Positions 1 to 13,873 of a stretch of 64,000 nucleotides of DNA are shown piece by piece; the stretch's first letter is position 1, and each line of letters begins with the position of its first letter. A program made the position numbers and the translations under genes. The notes under the pieces were generated by a model. The model saw only the letters and a list, made by a program, of their open reading frames with translations, was not told the DNA's origin and made no database searches. The stretch comes from Octopus vulgaris (lineage: Eukaryota), in assembly GCA_951406725.2 (NCBI GenBank), contig OX597815.1, forward strand, positions 71,796,001 through 71,860,000, written 5' to 3'.

Positions 1-1546
1 TTACTTTCACTAAATGTGTGATCATATACTAATGTTTACACACACACACACACACACACACACATATCATTATTTTAATGTCTATTTTCCTAGGGTAACC
101 AACCCTCTTCACCTGCTCCCAAGCAAGGTGATATTTCCCCATAGCTAGGCATGTTTTAGCAGAATATTGGAAATGAATGACACTGCTTATATGACAGTGA
201 CACTCAGTCAGAACTGTGATGCAATGTCAAGACAAGCACATACACACATATGTGTGTGTGTATGACAGGCTTCCACACAATTTCCAACTACCAAATTCAT
301 TCACAAAGCATTAATCTACATGGGAGATATAGTAGAAGACACTAGCCCAAAGTGCCATGTATTGGGACTGAAGCAGAAACCATGTAGTTGCAAAGCAAAG
401 CAAGCTTCTTAATCACATAGATGCAGCCATGCCTGCACATTTTTTTCATAACTTCACTACAACTGTATATATATATATATATATATAGTTGAGAGATGAA
501 CTTTAATGACAGGAAACTAAAATGATGTATATTATTTATTGAGAACTTGTTTTTATTTTTAGCTTGTGCTTAAAATAAACCATGTCTCTAGGTTTTGTAT
601 CTTAATTTATTCTTTTTCTATCACTTAACAGAAGAAATAAAATTTCTCATTGGTAACTCTGTAATGTCTTGTGCTACTACTTAGTAAATTCTGTGTCAGT
701 AGTAAGATAGCCTGAATTGGATTAAATCTGCTTAGTAATCCCTTTTTGTAGTTGCTGCCTCGGTAGCTATAAAGAAACATAAAACTAAAGTTTATGATTT
801 TGTAGTCTATTTTCTTAAAGTGTTTTGTTATTTTCTCAAGAGCCAAAAGCATCTTTTACCAAAAATAAAGTTTGTCTTGTCCTCTATTTTATGAAGTAAT
901 GTTTGGACAATAAGTTGGACCAGATTGCTGTCAGATATTTATTTTTTTATTTATTTTGTTGATCTTTGAAATATCTGCTTCCATTCACCATCATTATCAT
1001 TATCTAGTGTCTGTTTTCCATATTAACATAGGTTCAGTAGTTTGACAGTGTCCGACAAGCTTCAGATCTGCATCAGGTCCCATGCCAGCTTTGAAATGCT
1101 GGATGCCCTTCTTTACACCAATCACTTTACAATGTGTACTGGGTGCTTTTTTTTTTTTTTTTTTTTTAATATTGGCATTAATGGGATTACCAAGTAACTT
1201 GCAACACAAAATAAAAGGGAAGGAAAAAAAACCCTTGACTGAGTGGGGAATGTATTTGAAAGGGGTGGTTTTATGCCAGGTACTGACAGGCTAAAGTATG
1301 TTAGAGGGACAAGTGCAGATGTCTGGGTAAAAGTGAACTGAAAGGGAGATAAAGATGGTGGTGACAGGGTGCACGTGGATTTTGCTTATTTATTTATTTG
1401 TTTCATTCTACTTTATTTCATCTACATTATTTCTATTGGCATCATATCTGAAGAATGCATTCATGTGAATGCTATGAGGTGTAGCATCTATCTTTTTTTT
1501 TTTTATATATTTTGTGTTTATATTTATGTATTTTGTTTGTTGCCAG

Positions 1547-1670
1547 GAATGATTCCAAATAAAAATGAATGGGGCGCATGGTATCGGACTCCTAAAAGAC
1601 ACTCCCTTACAAATGTAGTTAATAATCTGTCGTATGCTTGGATCAGCTCTGGATTTTCATCTTCACTGTG
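1547..1670 (+). other. candidate internal exon (124 bp) of a host gene
   Basis: Long T-rich tract ending tgccAG at 1545-1546; donor TG|GTAAGT at 1671; non-repetitive; only one frame open (GMIPNKNEWGAWYRTPKRHSLTNVVNNLSYAWISSGFSSSL). Product not recognised; could be UTR. Confidence 0.35.
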
Positions 1671-1943
1671 GTAAGTATTGTGATTCACTAATCTCCTTCT
1701 TGGTTTTGTATTTTATAAGCCTCTCTCCTGATAATGTATTAAAGGAACTGAGCTAGCAGAATTGTTAACACATCAGAGAAAATGCTCAGCAGCATTTTTT
1801 TTTCCAGATTTTACATTCCAAGTTCAAATCCCACTGAGATCAACTTTGCCTTTCGTCCATCTGGGGTCAGTAGGGTACCAGTTGAGTACTGGGATAAATG
1901 TGATCAACTTGTCCCTCCTCCTTGAAATTGTTGGCTTACAAAT

Positions 1944-2493
1944 AATAATCAAGGGGTTTGAAGTCTGGGGAGTTAAGTGGCCAGATGTTATGGGTGATGT
2001 GGTCACAGAGATTGTCTGATAGCCATGACTGGGTTCTCCTGTTTGTGTGGCATGGTACAGAGTCCTGTTGCCAGACATAGGGTCTTCCAACAGCCACCCT
2101 CTTGACCCAGGAGAGTACTACCTTCTCCAGGCACTTGCTGTAGGCCTCCATGTAGAGTCTGAGGCTGTGTGGGAAGATGAATGGAGGCATATCATCGCTA
2201 TCACTAGTGATCACTCCAAACACCATGATGTTGACTGGATGTTTAATTTTCACCACTCTAGGTACATGTTCCTACTGGTATATTTTTGCATTGGAGCTTC
2301 CAGCACGTATGCCAAGCAGTACAGCATGTCGTTTCCAAATTTCTGGCAGAGTGAATTGCGTTATAGTACTGTTTTTCTCACAAACAGTGCCCAACTGATC
2401 CTCCTATACTGTGTAGTCAACAAAATCAAAAACAAAATATGTGCACACACAAATAAAAAATATAAAATGGTGACAATATACCCATTGCACTCA
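1944..2493 (-). mobile_element. Tc1/mariner superfamily transposon relic, DD37D (maT/mori-type) transposase fragment
   Basis: ORF 1936-2256(-) has IMVFGVI...VWQQDSVPCHT...WPLNSPDFKPLDY; 37 residues lie between the QQD Asp and the final Asp; the right side ends next to a TA run. Confidence 0.75.
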
Positions 2494-2630
2494 TATATAT
2501 ATATATATATTATTGCAAGGATATAAATACCTCTTAGAGGGATGTTAGCATCAAAGTTCCCGGTTTTATCCAGTGTATCAGTGATTAAAAAGATATTAGT
2601 TTTTCATTGCAGATGGGTATATTATCACTT

Positions 2631-3480
2631 AGAAAATGGAGAAAATGACAGATAGACATCAATTCATTAATACAAATCCAATTTCAAGCAACATCAATTT
2701 CTTATAACCTACAATTGTTTCCATATTCAATTAATTCAAATATCAAATAATTAAATTGAATTAAAGATGTAATTTGAATTCAGTGAATTGAGCATTTCAT
2801 CAGGGTTAGAAATTGACCGAAAAAAGGAATCCCATCTCAATGGATCGAGTGGTTATTGTTATATTCAATAGTAAACTCAGATGTGTGTTCATGTGTATAT
2901 TAATGTTCTTAACGGTAAACAATAACTATAGTTTAAATAATATAAATTAAAACTAGCAGTTTTGACTAAGTGACTTAATAAAATTCTTAAGTAGCTAAAA
3001 AGCTATCCTAGCATTCATATTCTCACAGGTAATAATGGAAATTTAAGAATAAATAGTTTTGCTTACCGTTAACTGTATCGAAGGTATTGTTTATCCAATC
3101 TTAGGGTTCTTTTGTTTTTCAAATATATTAACATGCACACAAATACAATAAAAATAATAAAACAAAATAGCATATACGCAAGTAACTTTTTTTTGTTTTA
3201 GAACATTAATATACACACACGCATGCATCTGAATTTAATGCTGAATCTGGCAATGACCACTCGATCCATTGAGATGTGATTCCTTTTTTTTCTGTCAATT
3301 TCTAACCCTGACAAAATGTTCAATTCACTGTATTCAAATTACATCTTTAAATTAATTTAATTATTCAATATTTGAATCAATTGAACATGGAAACAATTGT
3401 AGGTTATAAGAAATTGATGCTGCTTGAAATTGGATTTGTATTAATAAATTGATGTCTATCTATTGATTTCTCCATTTTCT
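2631..3480. mobile_element. ~280 bp inverted repeat pair (2631-2912 / 3198-3480), Penelope-like non-autonomous relic
   Basis: Arms are reverse complements (agaaaatggagaaa...ggatcgagtggttattg vs caatgaccactcgatcc...tttctccattttct); each carries a hammerhead-type motif. Confidence 0.75.
2705..2808 (-). ncRNA. type I hammerhead ribozyme motif (Penelope-like)
   Basis: Minus strand: TAACC-CTGATGA-A-[stem II ATGCTCAATT...AATTGAATAT]-G-GAAAC-AATT-GTA^GGTTA. Stem I is TAACC/GGTTA, stem III the palindrome ACAATTGT, cleavage triplet GUA. The plus-strand copy at 3303-3406 has a mutated core (CTGACAA). Confidence 0.65.
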
Positions 3481-3725
3481 TTTCTTATATTATATATAGG
3501 TTAGTAGGGTTAGAGGTTGGAATAACTGGCTGAGGGATAAGAATATCTGTTTTACTACCAGTATAAATTAGCTATGTTAACCCTGGGCATACATATGCAA
3601 GCATAACATGCTTGTAGGGTACAGGCAATATCACAAATAAACAAGAATTTATCAGGAAACAAATTTAAATTAAGCAGGAAATGGAGAAATTCTTGAACAA
3701 CAACAAATTGCCTACCATCGATTAT

Positions 3726-3941
3726 TATTTTTTAATTCAAAACCTTAGCCCATCTAATAGCTGTTTCTGCCTCCAATGTCCAACAGCACTGCCAAAGAAA
3801 ATTCTGAGAATAATATTCGTCATATTGTATAGCACATCCAATTTGTAACATAGAATATGATGAATATTATTCTCAGAATTTTCTTTAACAGCACTGTTGG
3901 ACATTAAAAGCAGATGGGATAAAGTTTTATATTAAAAAATA
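3726..3941. repeat. palindromic MITE-like element
   Basis: Inner arms 3775-3826 / 3854-3905 (aatgtccaacag...catatt / aatatg...ttggacatt) are near-perfect inverted repeats; pairing extends outward imperfectly. Confidence 0.7.
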
Positions 3942-6900
3942 GAATGAGCTTTTGGTGAACAGAATGACATGAAGCATTAGGGGCTACTATGTTACTTTTG
4001 AGCACTTAAATCTATAAATATACCATTCTAAATATATGTCATAATGGTATGCAAACCATGGGAATTTTGCAAGAAAGCATGCAGTGGGACCCTCCAGTGA
4101 CAAGGAGACGATAAGTGCAGCTTGGCATGACTGACTGGACTTTCAACCCTTTTTTTTTCCTGATACTGGAAGCAAATACACATTCACATGAAAAGAGAGA
4201 CAGATTACAATTTACTGATTGAACATCATCATCATCATTTAACGTCTGTTGTCCGTATTGGCATGGGTTGGACAGCATGACTAGAGCTGGCAAGCTGGGG
4301 AAGTGGGATCACCAAGCTCCAGTCTGATTTGGCATGGTTTCTGTGGCTGGATGCCCTTCCTAATACCAACTACTTTACAGAGGGTGCTGGGTGCTTGTAC
4401 ATGGCACTGCACAGGCACTTTTATGTGATACCACATGGGCACTTTTACGTGACATTGCAGAGGCACTTTTATGTGACACTGCCACAAGTGCTTTATACCA
4501 CTAAAAGGATCAGTCTTAACACTTCTGCTGCAGGGTTATGGGTCTTGCACGTAAATAGAAGCATTTACATATATGTAACCAGAAAGAGGGTGAGAAGGGA
4601 TAGAAAGACATGATCAGGGATAAAATAAGAAAACATCAAATAAGCCAGTAACTCGGAAAAGGCAGTGTCAAAATGACTGTACCAAAATCTCTTTTAACTT
4701 CTCCATGCTTCAACATGTTAGTTTTTGATATTAATGCTCGGCCAATAGGAGAATACGTGGCATTGACCAATGGCAAAAACAACCAAGTCATTGCTTTGCT
4801 TAAGTACCACTGGCAACCAACATTCTACCTGCAGAAGGATTAATGAATGGCTGCTAGCCAAAGGATTACTAGTTTATTATATCCTCTATCTGATACATCT
4901 TTATGTCCTTGGCAAACCACACTAAAATTCACATATAATCCACCTTGCTGTAAATAATTATCACCTTTCTCAATGGTCATAGCATCAGCAGGAGGCACTG
5001 TAATTCTGTTTCATTAACTCTCTGTAAAAGCTCAAATTTTGCCTTGGTTATCATTGAGACTAATGGGTTTCCAGCTGTTGATAGGCTCTAACTGCATTAT
5101 AGAAGATAAAAGCTTTCATTCACTTGGTGGGCTTAATGGCTTATAAACCATCTATCTCTTATTGCTAAAATAATACAATGGGGATCAAATAAATCTTGGC
5201 AAATTAACTTGGAAGCACCTACCATGTATCTTTTGGCTAACAGATTAGTCCAGAAAAAAGTTTCAGATCTTTCAACTGGTCAGTACAGCGTCCTTACAAA
5301 AGATTAAGCAGTTGTTTACTGGTCTGAGTATCTTGTAAATCTATGTATGTATCAATAGTATAAAATTGGTACATATTACTCAGTGTATCATTTAGTAAAC
5401 AAAAAAAAAATAGAATGGATAGCTCAAAACACCACTACACATATTTCAATAGCATGGTTATTTATTACCAAAGTAAAGTGTGTTACATAACATGTTACAT
5501 AACATTATGTAAATATACACTGTAGTGAGTGGCTATGTAATAATGCAGATTTGCATAATGTTGTATAATTTACTATGCATTAGTAATAATCACTTGGCCT
5601 AGGTGCTACACAGCAAGACTGAATCTGAAACTATGTGATTGTAAAGGGACTCACACAGTTATGCCTGAACATATAAGTAAAACAAACCCTCATCATCATC
5701 ATTTAACCATCCATTTCTCCTTGCTAGCACAGGCTGGATGGTTTGATGGGATCTGACAAAATGCAGGGCTGCATCATGCTCCACTGTCTGCTTTGGCATC
5801 ATTTCTACAGCTGGATGCCTTTTATGATGTCAACCACTTTACAGCATGTAGTTCAGTGATTCTCAACATGGAGCATATGCTCCACCAGTGGGGCCCTGGA
5901 AAATTGTGGTGGGGTGTGATGCTGTAGTCACCAGGCTCATGATTCCTTTTAAAGTTATTTGCTTTTGTCTTTTCTTAGTCAATAATGTACTTTTTTGTTG
6001 TACTCAGTACTTAATAGAGTTACCAGTAGATACTTTTGTATAAATAATTGTGATAAAATATATTAGAAATGAAGTTGTTTTTTTCCAACCACCAGTGGGA
6101 CATACATTTTCCTGGAAAGTTATAGTTGGAACTAGGGGAAAATAGGTTGGGAAACACTGATGTAGTGGATGTTTTTTGTGACACAGGTACTAGTGAAGTC
6201 ACCAAGACAACAGAAAAGGGAGAGTACCCTCAACTGAGTTGGAGTAATATGTAGTCCAACATTTCTGTTTATATAGTTGAATGGATGCAGGGAAAGGTGT
6301 ATATCTGATGAAACTAAACTAATCATCACAATATTTATCGCAACTAATTTGTGTCAAACAATTCCACCGTAAAAAAAAAAAAATGAAAAATTGTTGCATT
6401 ACAAATGAGACTGGGAATCCATATTTAGACTTCATAAATATTAAGAATTTATGAGTTAACAACCTCACTAGTGCCAGTGCCATAACAACAACAACAACAA
6501 AGCACCCAATATGCTCTGTATAAAGTGGTTGGCATCAGCAAGGACATCTAGCCATAGAAATTGTCAAAACTGATACTGGAACTCAATGCAGGCCTCTGGC
6601 TTTTCGCATCCTGTCAGACCACCCAACCCATGCTAATATAGAAGACAGTCTCTAAATGGTGGTGGAAGCAGTGCAGCTGATGTTGCTAGCAGCAGCAGCA
6701 GCAGCAATAGTAAATATCTATGCCTTTGTAGATCCCCTAACTTAAAGATTATATATCACACTGTAAAAATTAAGGTTAGTAAACCAAGTAGACAGCATCT
6801 CCTGCACAAAATATGGCTTCTTGGTGCATAAAAATAAAGGCAAGACTGACTGTGACATCAATGAGGAGAGGAAAAGGAAATTGGGTTCTTTGTTTTGTTT

Positions 6901-7712
6901 TTGGTGGGGTTTTTTTCTTTCTTAAAATATATCTATAAATATATTTTTAGCTTGGAATGAGAATTCTTTATATTTCCTGTAGATACTTATATTTGATTAT
7001 ACTTGACTTCTTTTTTATTTTCTTAGCCTTTGGGCTGATATGCTTAAAAGAATGTGTGTGTGTGTGTGTGTGTATTGTAAATTGGATGTACAGTCTGATC
7101 TGCATTTATTATTGGCACAAATTTTTAATGGTTTTGACTGACATCTCTGTCAAATATGAAGCAGGAATGAGGGACTTGAAAAGCTCTGAAGTGTCATATT
7201 TACTAATTCATATCTTGCTCTCACAGCCACAATAGTGGTACCTATAATGTCATTTGAACACTTACCCTTTCAGTCAGTATTCTAGTATCATAAACTGTGA
7301 ACCTCTGCTTTAACATATGGGGACACACACATACATATCAACCAACCCATTCTAGCATGGAAAACTGATGTTAAATGGTAATGGTATATACATATACATA
7401 CACACATTTGCATGAGTTCCTGTAAAATTATGACAATGCATGCGTTTTAGGCACAGGCATAGTTTCATGGTTACAAAGTTTGCATTGGAACCACATGATT
7501 CTGGGTTTATTCCCACTGATGTCTTCTACAATAGCCATGGGTCAATCAATACCATGTGAGTGAAGTTGAAAAGTTGATACACAGAAACTGGAAGAGGCCC
7601 ATGATACATGTGTGTATATGTATGTCTTGGTATGTATGTGCTGTTTATAAATCAAGGTTGCCATTCATTCAAACAGTGTTGTTTGTTTGCAATTTTCTAA
7701 TGAGAGAAGTCA

Positions 7713-8102
7713 TTAACCCTTTTGTTACCATATTGATGTACACTGCCTTTGTTTCAATTATTTTCAAAAACACTGAAGAATTTAATAAAACAACTGTTGT
7801 TATTATTAAGCTGGTATTTGGAACATAAATTCACATGAAATTCAGATGGAGGGTTTTAAATTAGATCACTTTAACCCTTTTGTTACCATATTTCTGTTGA
7901 TACACACTGTCTTTGTTTCAATTAATTTTGAAAATATTGAAAAATTTAGTAAAATAACTGTTGTTATTACTAAGTTGGTATTTGGAACATAAAGTCACAT
8001 GAAATTTGGAGGGAGGGTTTTAAATTTAAATCACTCTGAAACAGAAAGCTTGTATCATAGAACCAGAAACTGTCTTGTACAGGTTGGTATCAAGAGGTTT
8101 AA
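7713..8102. mobile_element. piggyBac-type (TTAA) MITE, partial tandem duplication (~158 bp)
   Basis: TTAA-CCCTTTTG at 7713 and again at 7871, ending GAGGT-TTAA at 8102; related copies at ~16530-16764 and 24940-25159. Confidence 0.6.
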
Positions 8103-9050
8103 AAAAATCAGTCCCAAAACTGCTAATCTGAAATATAAAAAATAGATGCAAACCAAAACATTATACAGTAGTGTTTTTGTTTCAGTTCAGATAGAATTAC
8201 ATTATATACAAGATTGGTTGCCTCTCATGTCATTGCCTATGAAAATATTTTATTACATACTTCTATACTATAGTTCTGCTTATGTATGAGGTGATTAAGG
8301 TCATCAAACAAGATGAAGTAGACATTACTTATATAAATATTTCTTAATTTTAATTGGCTGTTGTTGTTTTTAGAGTGAGGAGCCTTAATTATTTTAGTCA
8401 TAATTTTTTATATTCATGTACAATGATATTTAACATGTTTGTGTACACTTGAATGTGGAAAGACTTTTCACTATGAAAATAGTCTCGGGAGAATTTTCTC
8501 CTCATAGATAATGTGTAAAAACACATCGGGCTATGAATGATGTCATGAGATTGTGGGACGCATGCATTTCTGTGTTTTTGCACATCATCAGCTACAACTA
8601 CCAAATTCATCCTTCGCAGTCCTATCAAAACAGTAGTTCTGATACATAAGAACAGCCAACAGTAAATTTTCTAGCATGTATAAAGCTTGGTCAAGCTGGA
8701 ATTAATTGAACAGAGTTGTACAAAGGAATGTTGAATAAAATATATGCTTGTCCAATGATTAAGGTAATATGTATTTTTTTTTTATGACCTGTGTACTACC
8801 AACAGCAAGTAACTGGTATTAACCCAACAATATTAATCCTTTTTACTATAGGCACAAGGCCTGAAATTTGAGGGAGGGAAATAGTCAATTACATCAACCC
8901 CAGTGTTTCACTGGTACTTAAAATTTATCAACCCTGAAAGGATGAAAGGCAAAATCGACCTTGGCAGAATTTGAACTCAAAACATAGCGAGGGGTGAAAT
9001 ACTGCAAAGCATTACGCCTGGTGTGCTGACTGTTCTGCCAGTTTGCCGCC

Positions 9051-9087
<37 letters not shown>

Positions 9088-9382
9088 GGAGTGAGAAAAG
9101 AAATTTAAACCAGGTTTGTAAATAAATGGTGTGTATGCGTATTATTTGTTCATTCTACATCAATATTTTCTATGCTTGCTTTAGTTAAATATATTTGTGT
9201 GTGTGTGACAGTTTTTTTTTACATTTTTATTAACCAAGAAGCTTCAGTGACTCAAGTGCCTAAAGTCTGATGCTAATGCACTGAGCAAACTGTTTAGTAA
9301 GTTCAATACATATATTAGTCTGGAACTTTAGTCCCTTGAGTTAAATATAGTTCATTGGTTAATTATTTATGGATGTATGGAT

Positions 9383-9675
9383 GGCTCAGTGGTTAGGGCT
9401 CACAATCATGAGGTTGTGTGTTGTGTGCTTGAGCAAAACATTTCATTTCACATTGCTCCAGCTCACTTAGCTGTAGAAATGAGTTGTGACATCACTGGTG
9501 CCAAACTGTATCAGCCTTTGCCTTTCTCTTGGATAACATTGGTGGTGTGGAGAGGGGAGGTTGGTATGCATGGGTGACTGCTGGTCTTCCATAAACAACC
9601 TTACCTAGACTTGTGCTTTGGAGGGGAACTTTCTAGGTGTCATCCCATGGTCATTCATGACTGAAGGGGGTCTTT
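9383..9675 (+). mobile_element. tRNA-derived SINE (CpG-decayed copy)
   Basis: A-box-like GGCTCAGTGG head and body matching the copy at 52001-52291. Confidence 0.7.
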
Positions 9676-10767
9676 ATATATATACACACACACACACACA
9701 CACATATACATGTCACTTATTCAAAAGTTTAAAAGAAAATATCATTTAATGTTCTCCTCTTCCATACTGGCATGGGTTGGCAGGCTAGATGCCCTTCATA
9801 ACTCCAACCACTTCACAGCATATATGAGTGCCTTTTTCCCCATACCAACATGCAGCTTGTAACATTACAAACTTCAAGAAAGGTAGCTTTAAGTATGGAA
9901 ATGAGGGAAGGGGCTAGCCAGAGCAGAACAGGTTTCTCACTGTATAGGAACCATACAGTTACACATATTTTAGAAAAGAGGATGGAGGTGATCAGGGTAG
10001 AACAGGGAAAAGATAAAAATAATGGTGATAAAATGTTTGTATGGACCATTGTACATAATTTTTTTTTAAACTCTGCACATGCATAACCATTTGTACATCT
10101 CATTTCATGTCTTGTTGCAAAAGGTCAAATGGAATGAGAATTGCTTTCAGAATCTCAAGGGATAAAATCATACGAAAGGATGCACTTCATATTTGTCTAT
10201 ATTATCTTTTTATCAGCCATTATGACAGAGGAGTGATCACTGTGTACTAAAGTTTACTTATACTAGTTTTCATGTTAGCCCATTATAGATTTTTGCCTAT
10301 GGAAAGATTTGCAGAGAGCTTTCTTTGCAAGTTGATAACACACACTTTCAGATATCCAACACTTGTTTTAAAACAATAAGGAGTTGCATCTCCTCATATT
10401 TTGTATTTACAGCTATATACAATTATACTTAACCAATATCTTGCATCCATTGTGGCTCCATGGATACTTACCATTCCTTTATGACATTTCCATGAATGGA
10501 GAAGTGGTAAGTGTACCTGGGATCTTAGTACTTGCTTCTGGAACAGCCCAAGCACAGCAGAGTTGGTTAACTTGCAGTCTCTGCAATACTGTTTGATAAT
10601 GACAGAAAAATTTAATTAAGTGAACTGAAAGGAGGTAGTTAGCCTTTAGAATATCAGATAGAATGCCTTCTAGCACTTGTTGTGACTCTCTGTGCTTTGA
10701 GTTCACACCCTATTGAGGTCAACTTTCTTTCATCATTACAAGGTCAATGAAAAATGTACCAAGCCTA

Positions 10768-11710
10768 GGCAGTGGATTAGCAGAGTTGGAAAATATAGCC
10801 TTTGTATGTGGTAAATGTGCTGGTACAATAAGTACTAAAAATGCACGGACAACAGATTCCCTCATATACTTGAGGAGATCAATAGAAGTAGTAGATAGCT
10901 TCTGTTACCTGGGAGACCAAGTTAGCAGTAGAGGAGGAAGTTCTGAAAGTTTAGTTGCTACAGTAAGAACCGGCCAGGCAAAGTTTAGAGAGCTTTTACC
11001 TTTCTTGGTAACTAAGGGCCTCTCCTTCAGAGTGAAAGGCAGAATGTATGATGCTTGTGTATGTACAGCTATGTTACATTATAGTGAAACATGGGCTTTG
11101 ACTACAGAAGACTTGCAAAGGCTTGAAAGAAATGAAGCTAGCATGCTCTGCTGGATGGGTAATGTCAATGTGCTCACATGACAGAGTGTGAATGATTTAA
11201 GAGGAAAACTGGGTGTAAGCAGTATCAGATGTTGTGCACAAGAGAGAAGACTGCACTGGTTTGGTCATGTTATGTGTATGGATGGCAGCTGCATAAAGAA
11301 GTGCTGTGCTCTTATTGTGGAGTGTACCTATGGACAAGGTACACTTAGGAACAAAATGGTGAGAAAGGATCTTCAGTTGTTGGGCCTTACTGAGAAAATG
11401 ACAAGAGACCAGGAGATGTGGCAACTTGCTGCACTTGATAAGACACATACATCATGCTAAGTAAAATCACTGTCTTCTACACATACAGGCTTATCCTTTC
11501 AGGTGTCGGTGCCACATAAAAAGCACCCATGCTGGTGCTGCATAAACCAGTGACACATAAAAATCACCCAGCACACTTTGTTAAGTGGTTGGCATTAGGA
11601 ATGATATCCAGTCATAGAAACCATACAACAGACAATTGGAATTTGAACAGCTCTCAGCTGGCCAAAACCATCCAACCCATGCCATCATGGAGAGCAGATG
11701 CTAAACGAGG
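10768..11710 (+). mobile_element. RTE-clade LINE 3' fragment (RT C-terminal region plus 3' tail)
   Basis: ORFs 10747-11181 and 11188-11460: IEVVDSFCYLGD, YDACVCTAMLHYSETWAL, RRLHWFGHV, typical of RTE RT C-termini; stop-interrupted. Confidence 0.85.
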
Positions 11711-12380
11711 GATGTTAAGCAGCAGCAGCGGGGTGGGGTAATTGGGCAAGATGCCTTGTGATGTGTTCTGCCCCTTTGTGTTCTGGCAGCAATACCATCA
11801 ATGGCCAAGCTTAATTAGTCTAAGTCAGCAGCCTTTCCCTCAGATAAACATCTGATGTGGTGAGCTAGAGAGGAAAACCTTGAATGCATCTGCAACAGCC
11901 ATTCTTCTTCAAAACTCTTACCCTGGCCTGCACCAGTGTGTACAGTTGAAAGGCCTAAAAATTCCTTTATTCCACTGGTCTTAGCACATATTACTTCTGA
12001 GCATGATGTTAGTTTATGTGTTTATGAAGGCACTAAATGTCACCATTTCTGACACAGGAGGAGAGACAGACAGATAGATATGCATGTGCATGCACACACA
12101 CACATATATATATATGTAGGTTTGGTAGTTCAAACAGGATAAGTACAACTCATAACATGAGTATATGTGTGTGTGTATATAATCAATGCATGAGATCCAG
12201 AGATTCTCAGTATAGAAAACACTTATTAGTGCTTAAATGATTCAAACTTAGACTCCAGTGTCTTTGCAAGGGACCGATTTTGTGGGGTAAAGAGCAGCTA
12301 TAAGAGAAATCTAGATGAGCAGATATGGAGGCAATTATTAAATTAAAATATAACAGCTTGGGTTTGATACACAAATTATA

Positions 12381-13530
12381 TTGGGTCATCCCATAAATAA
12401 TGTAATATTTTTCAATTGCATGACCTAAATGTCAGAGGAAACGAGATAAACTACCTGCATCAATTTACTATAAAAGGAGGTAGTAATTTTACCTTGGTTT
12501 TATTCTTGGTGCAAGTTTTGAAGAGTGCAGTTTGATTTTAACACTTATTTTTCAAAGCTATAATGGAAGTTACAAAGGAGCATAGTCAGCATATTTTGCG
12601 TTACGAGTTCAGTAAAGACAACAGCACAACAGAAAGTGTTAGGAATATTAATGCAGTATATGGGGATTGGACAATAAGCATAAGCTAGTGTCAATGGTGG
12701 TTCCAGAAATTCCAAGCCAAAAACTACAGCCTAGAAGACGAGCCTCATCCTGGAAGATCTATAGAGCTCAACAAGGATGTCCTGCAAACCCTGGTGGAAC
12801 AAAATCCCATCATAACTGTTGAGGAATTGGCAGAGAAGCTTGGATTTGGTCATTCAACAATTCACCGATACCTACGTGACATCAGAGAAGTCAGCCAACT
12901 GGGTCAATGTGTACTCTTCTTTGCTATCATGTCTCACAAATGAACCTTTTGGGACTGAAGACAGTGGGTAGGGAAAAAAGGAACACTGGCACCCCAGGCT
13001 GAAGAAGGTCTTCACACACATAAGATGTTGTTATCTCTTTGGTGGAATATGAAAGGTTTAATCCACTTTCAACTTTTAAACCCAAACCAAATGATAAAGG
13101 AAATCTACTACAAGCAACTTGAGCAGTATAAGTCAGTGCTTAGAAGAAAAACGACCATCTTTGGTTTCAAGTTGAAAGGTGTTCTTCCATCAGGATAATG
13201 CTTGGCCACATACAGCATTCCAAAGGCTAGAGCAGTTTGAATGGGAAACCATGCCCCACCCACCATATTTGCCAGACATTGTGCCCCATCTGATTATCAT
13301 TTATTCCAGTGTTCAAAATCATTTGAACGGAAAACATATGAATTCTGTACACAAGGCCAGAACAGTACCAGGGGAGTATTTTTCGTCACAGACAAGTGGA
13401 TTTTGGAAGAGGTGCCTTGCAAGAATACCAGATAGATGGAAGAACATTGTAAAAAATGAAGGAGGGTATATTTTAGATTTAAAAAAAAACTTTGTTTATC
13501 GTAATTTTGAAAAATAAAAGAAGTATAAAA
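12381..13530 (+). mobile_element. decayed mariner transposon, right TIR missing
   Basis: TA + TTGGGTCATCCCATAAATAATG left end; transposase from ATG 12563 (MEVTKEHSQHILRYEF...CQWWFQKF); HQDNAWPH, HPPY.PD and PSDYHLF motifs across frameshifts. Confidence 0.85.
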
Positions 13531-13533
13531 AAC

Positions 13534-13856
13534 AGAAAGAAAGCAAAACCAAAGATTTTCAGACAAATATTTAAATATAAATATATAGATATTTATATAT
13601 TAATAGATGAAACATACACATAGTACAAACAACAGAGAAAATTAATAGGGAGGAGGAAAAGTGTTACAAGTCCAATAACTGTCCATCATAATATTGTTGA
13701 TGTAGTTCACCAAAATATGCAACCAATAGTGGAAGCAAATAGACATTGAATAAATCGAGCTTCCGTTTGTACTCTGTTTCATCTATTAATATATAAATAT
13801 CTATATATTTATGCTTACATATCCGTCTGAAAATCTTCAATCTTTGCTTTCTTTCT
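13534..13856. repeat. ~95 bp inverted repeat pair (13534-13630 / 13765-13856)
   Basis: agattttcagac...aatatatagatatttatatattaatagatgaaaca is mirrored by tgtttcatctattaatatataaatatctatatatt...gtctgaaaatct; it sits where the mariner right TIR should be. Confidence 0.7.
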
Positions 13857-13873
13857 TTTTGCATGTATACATA

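Noticed and set aside
4800-5330. Very old L1/Tx1 RT relic (SWKPISL-like and ADAMTI-like peptides on the minus strand)
   Set aside because: Motifs are too degenerate and wrongly spaced to support without an alignment.
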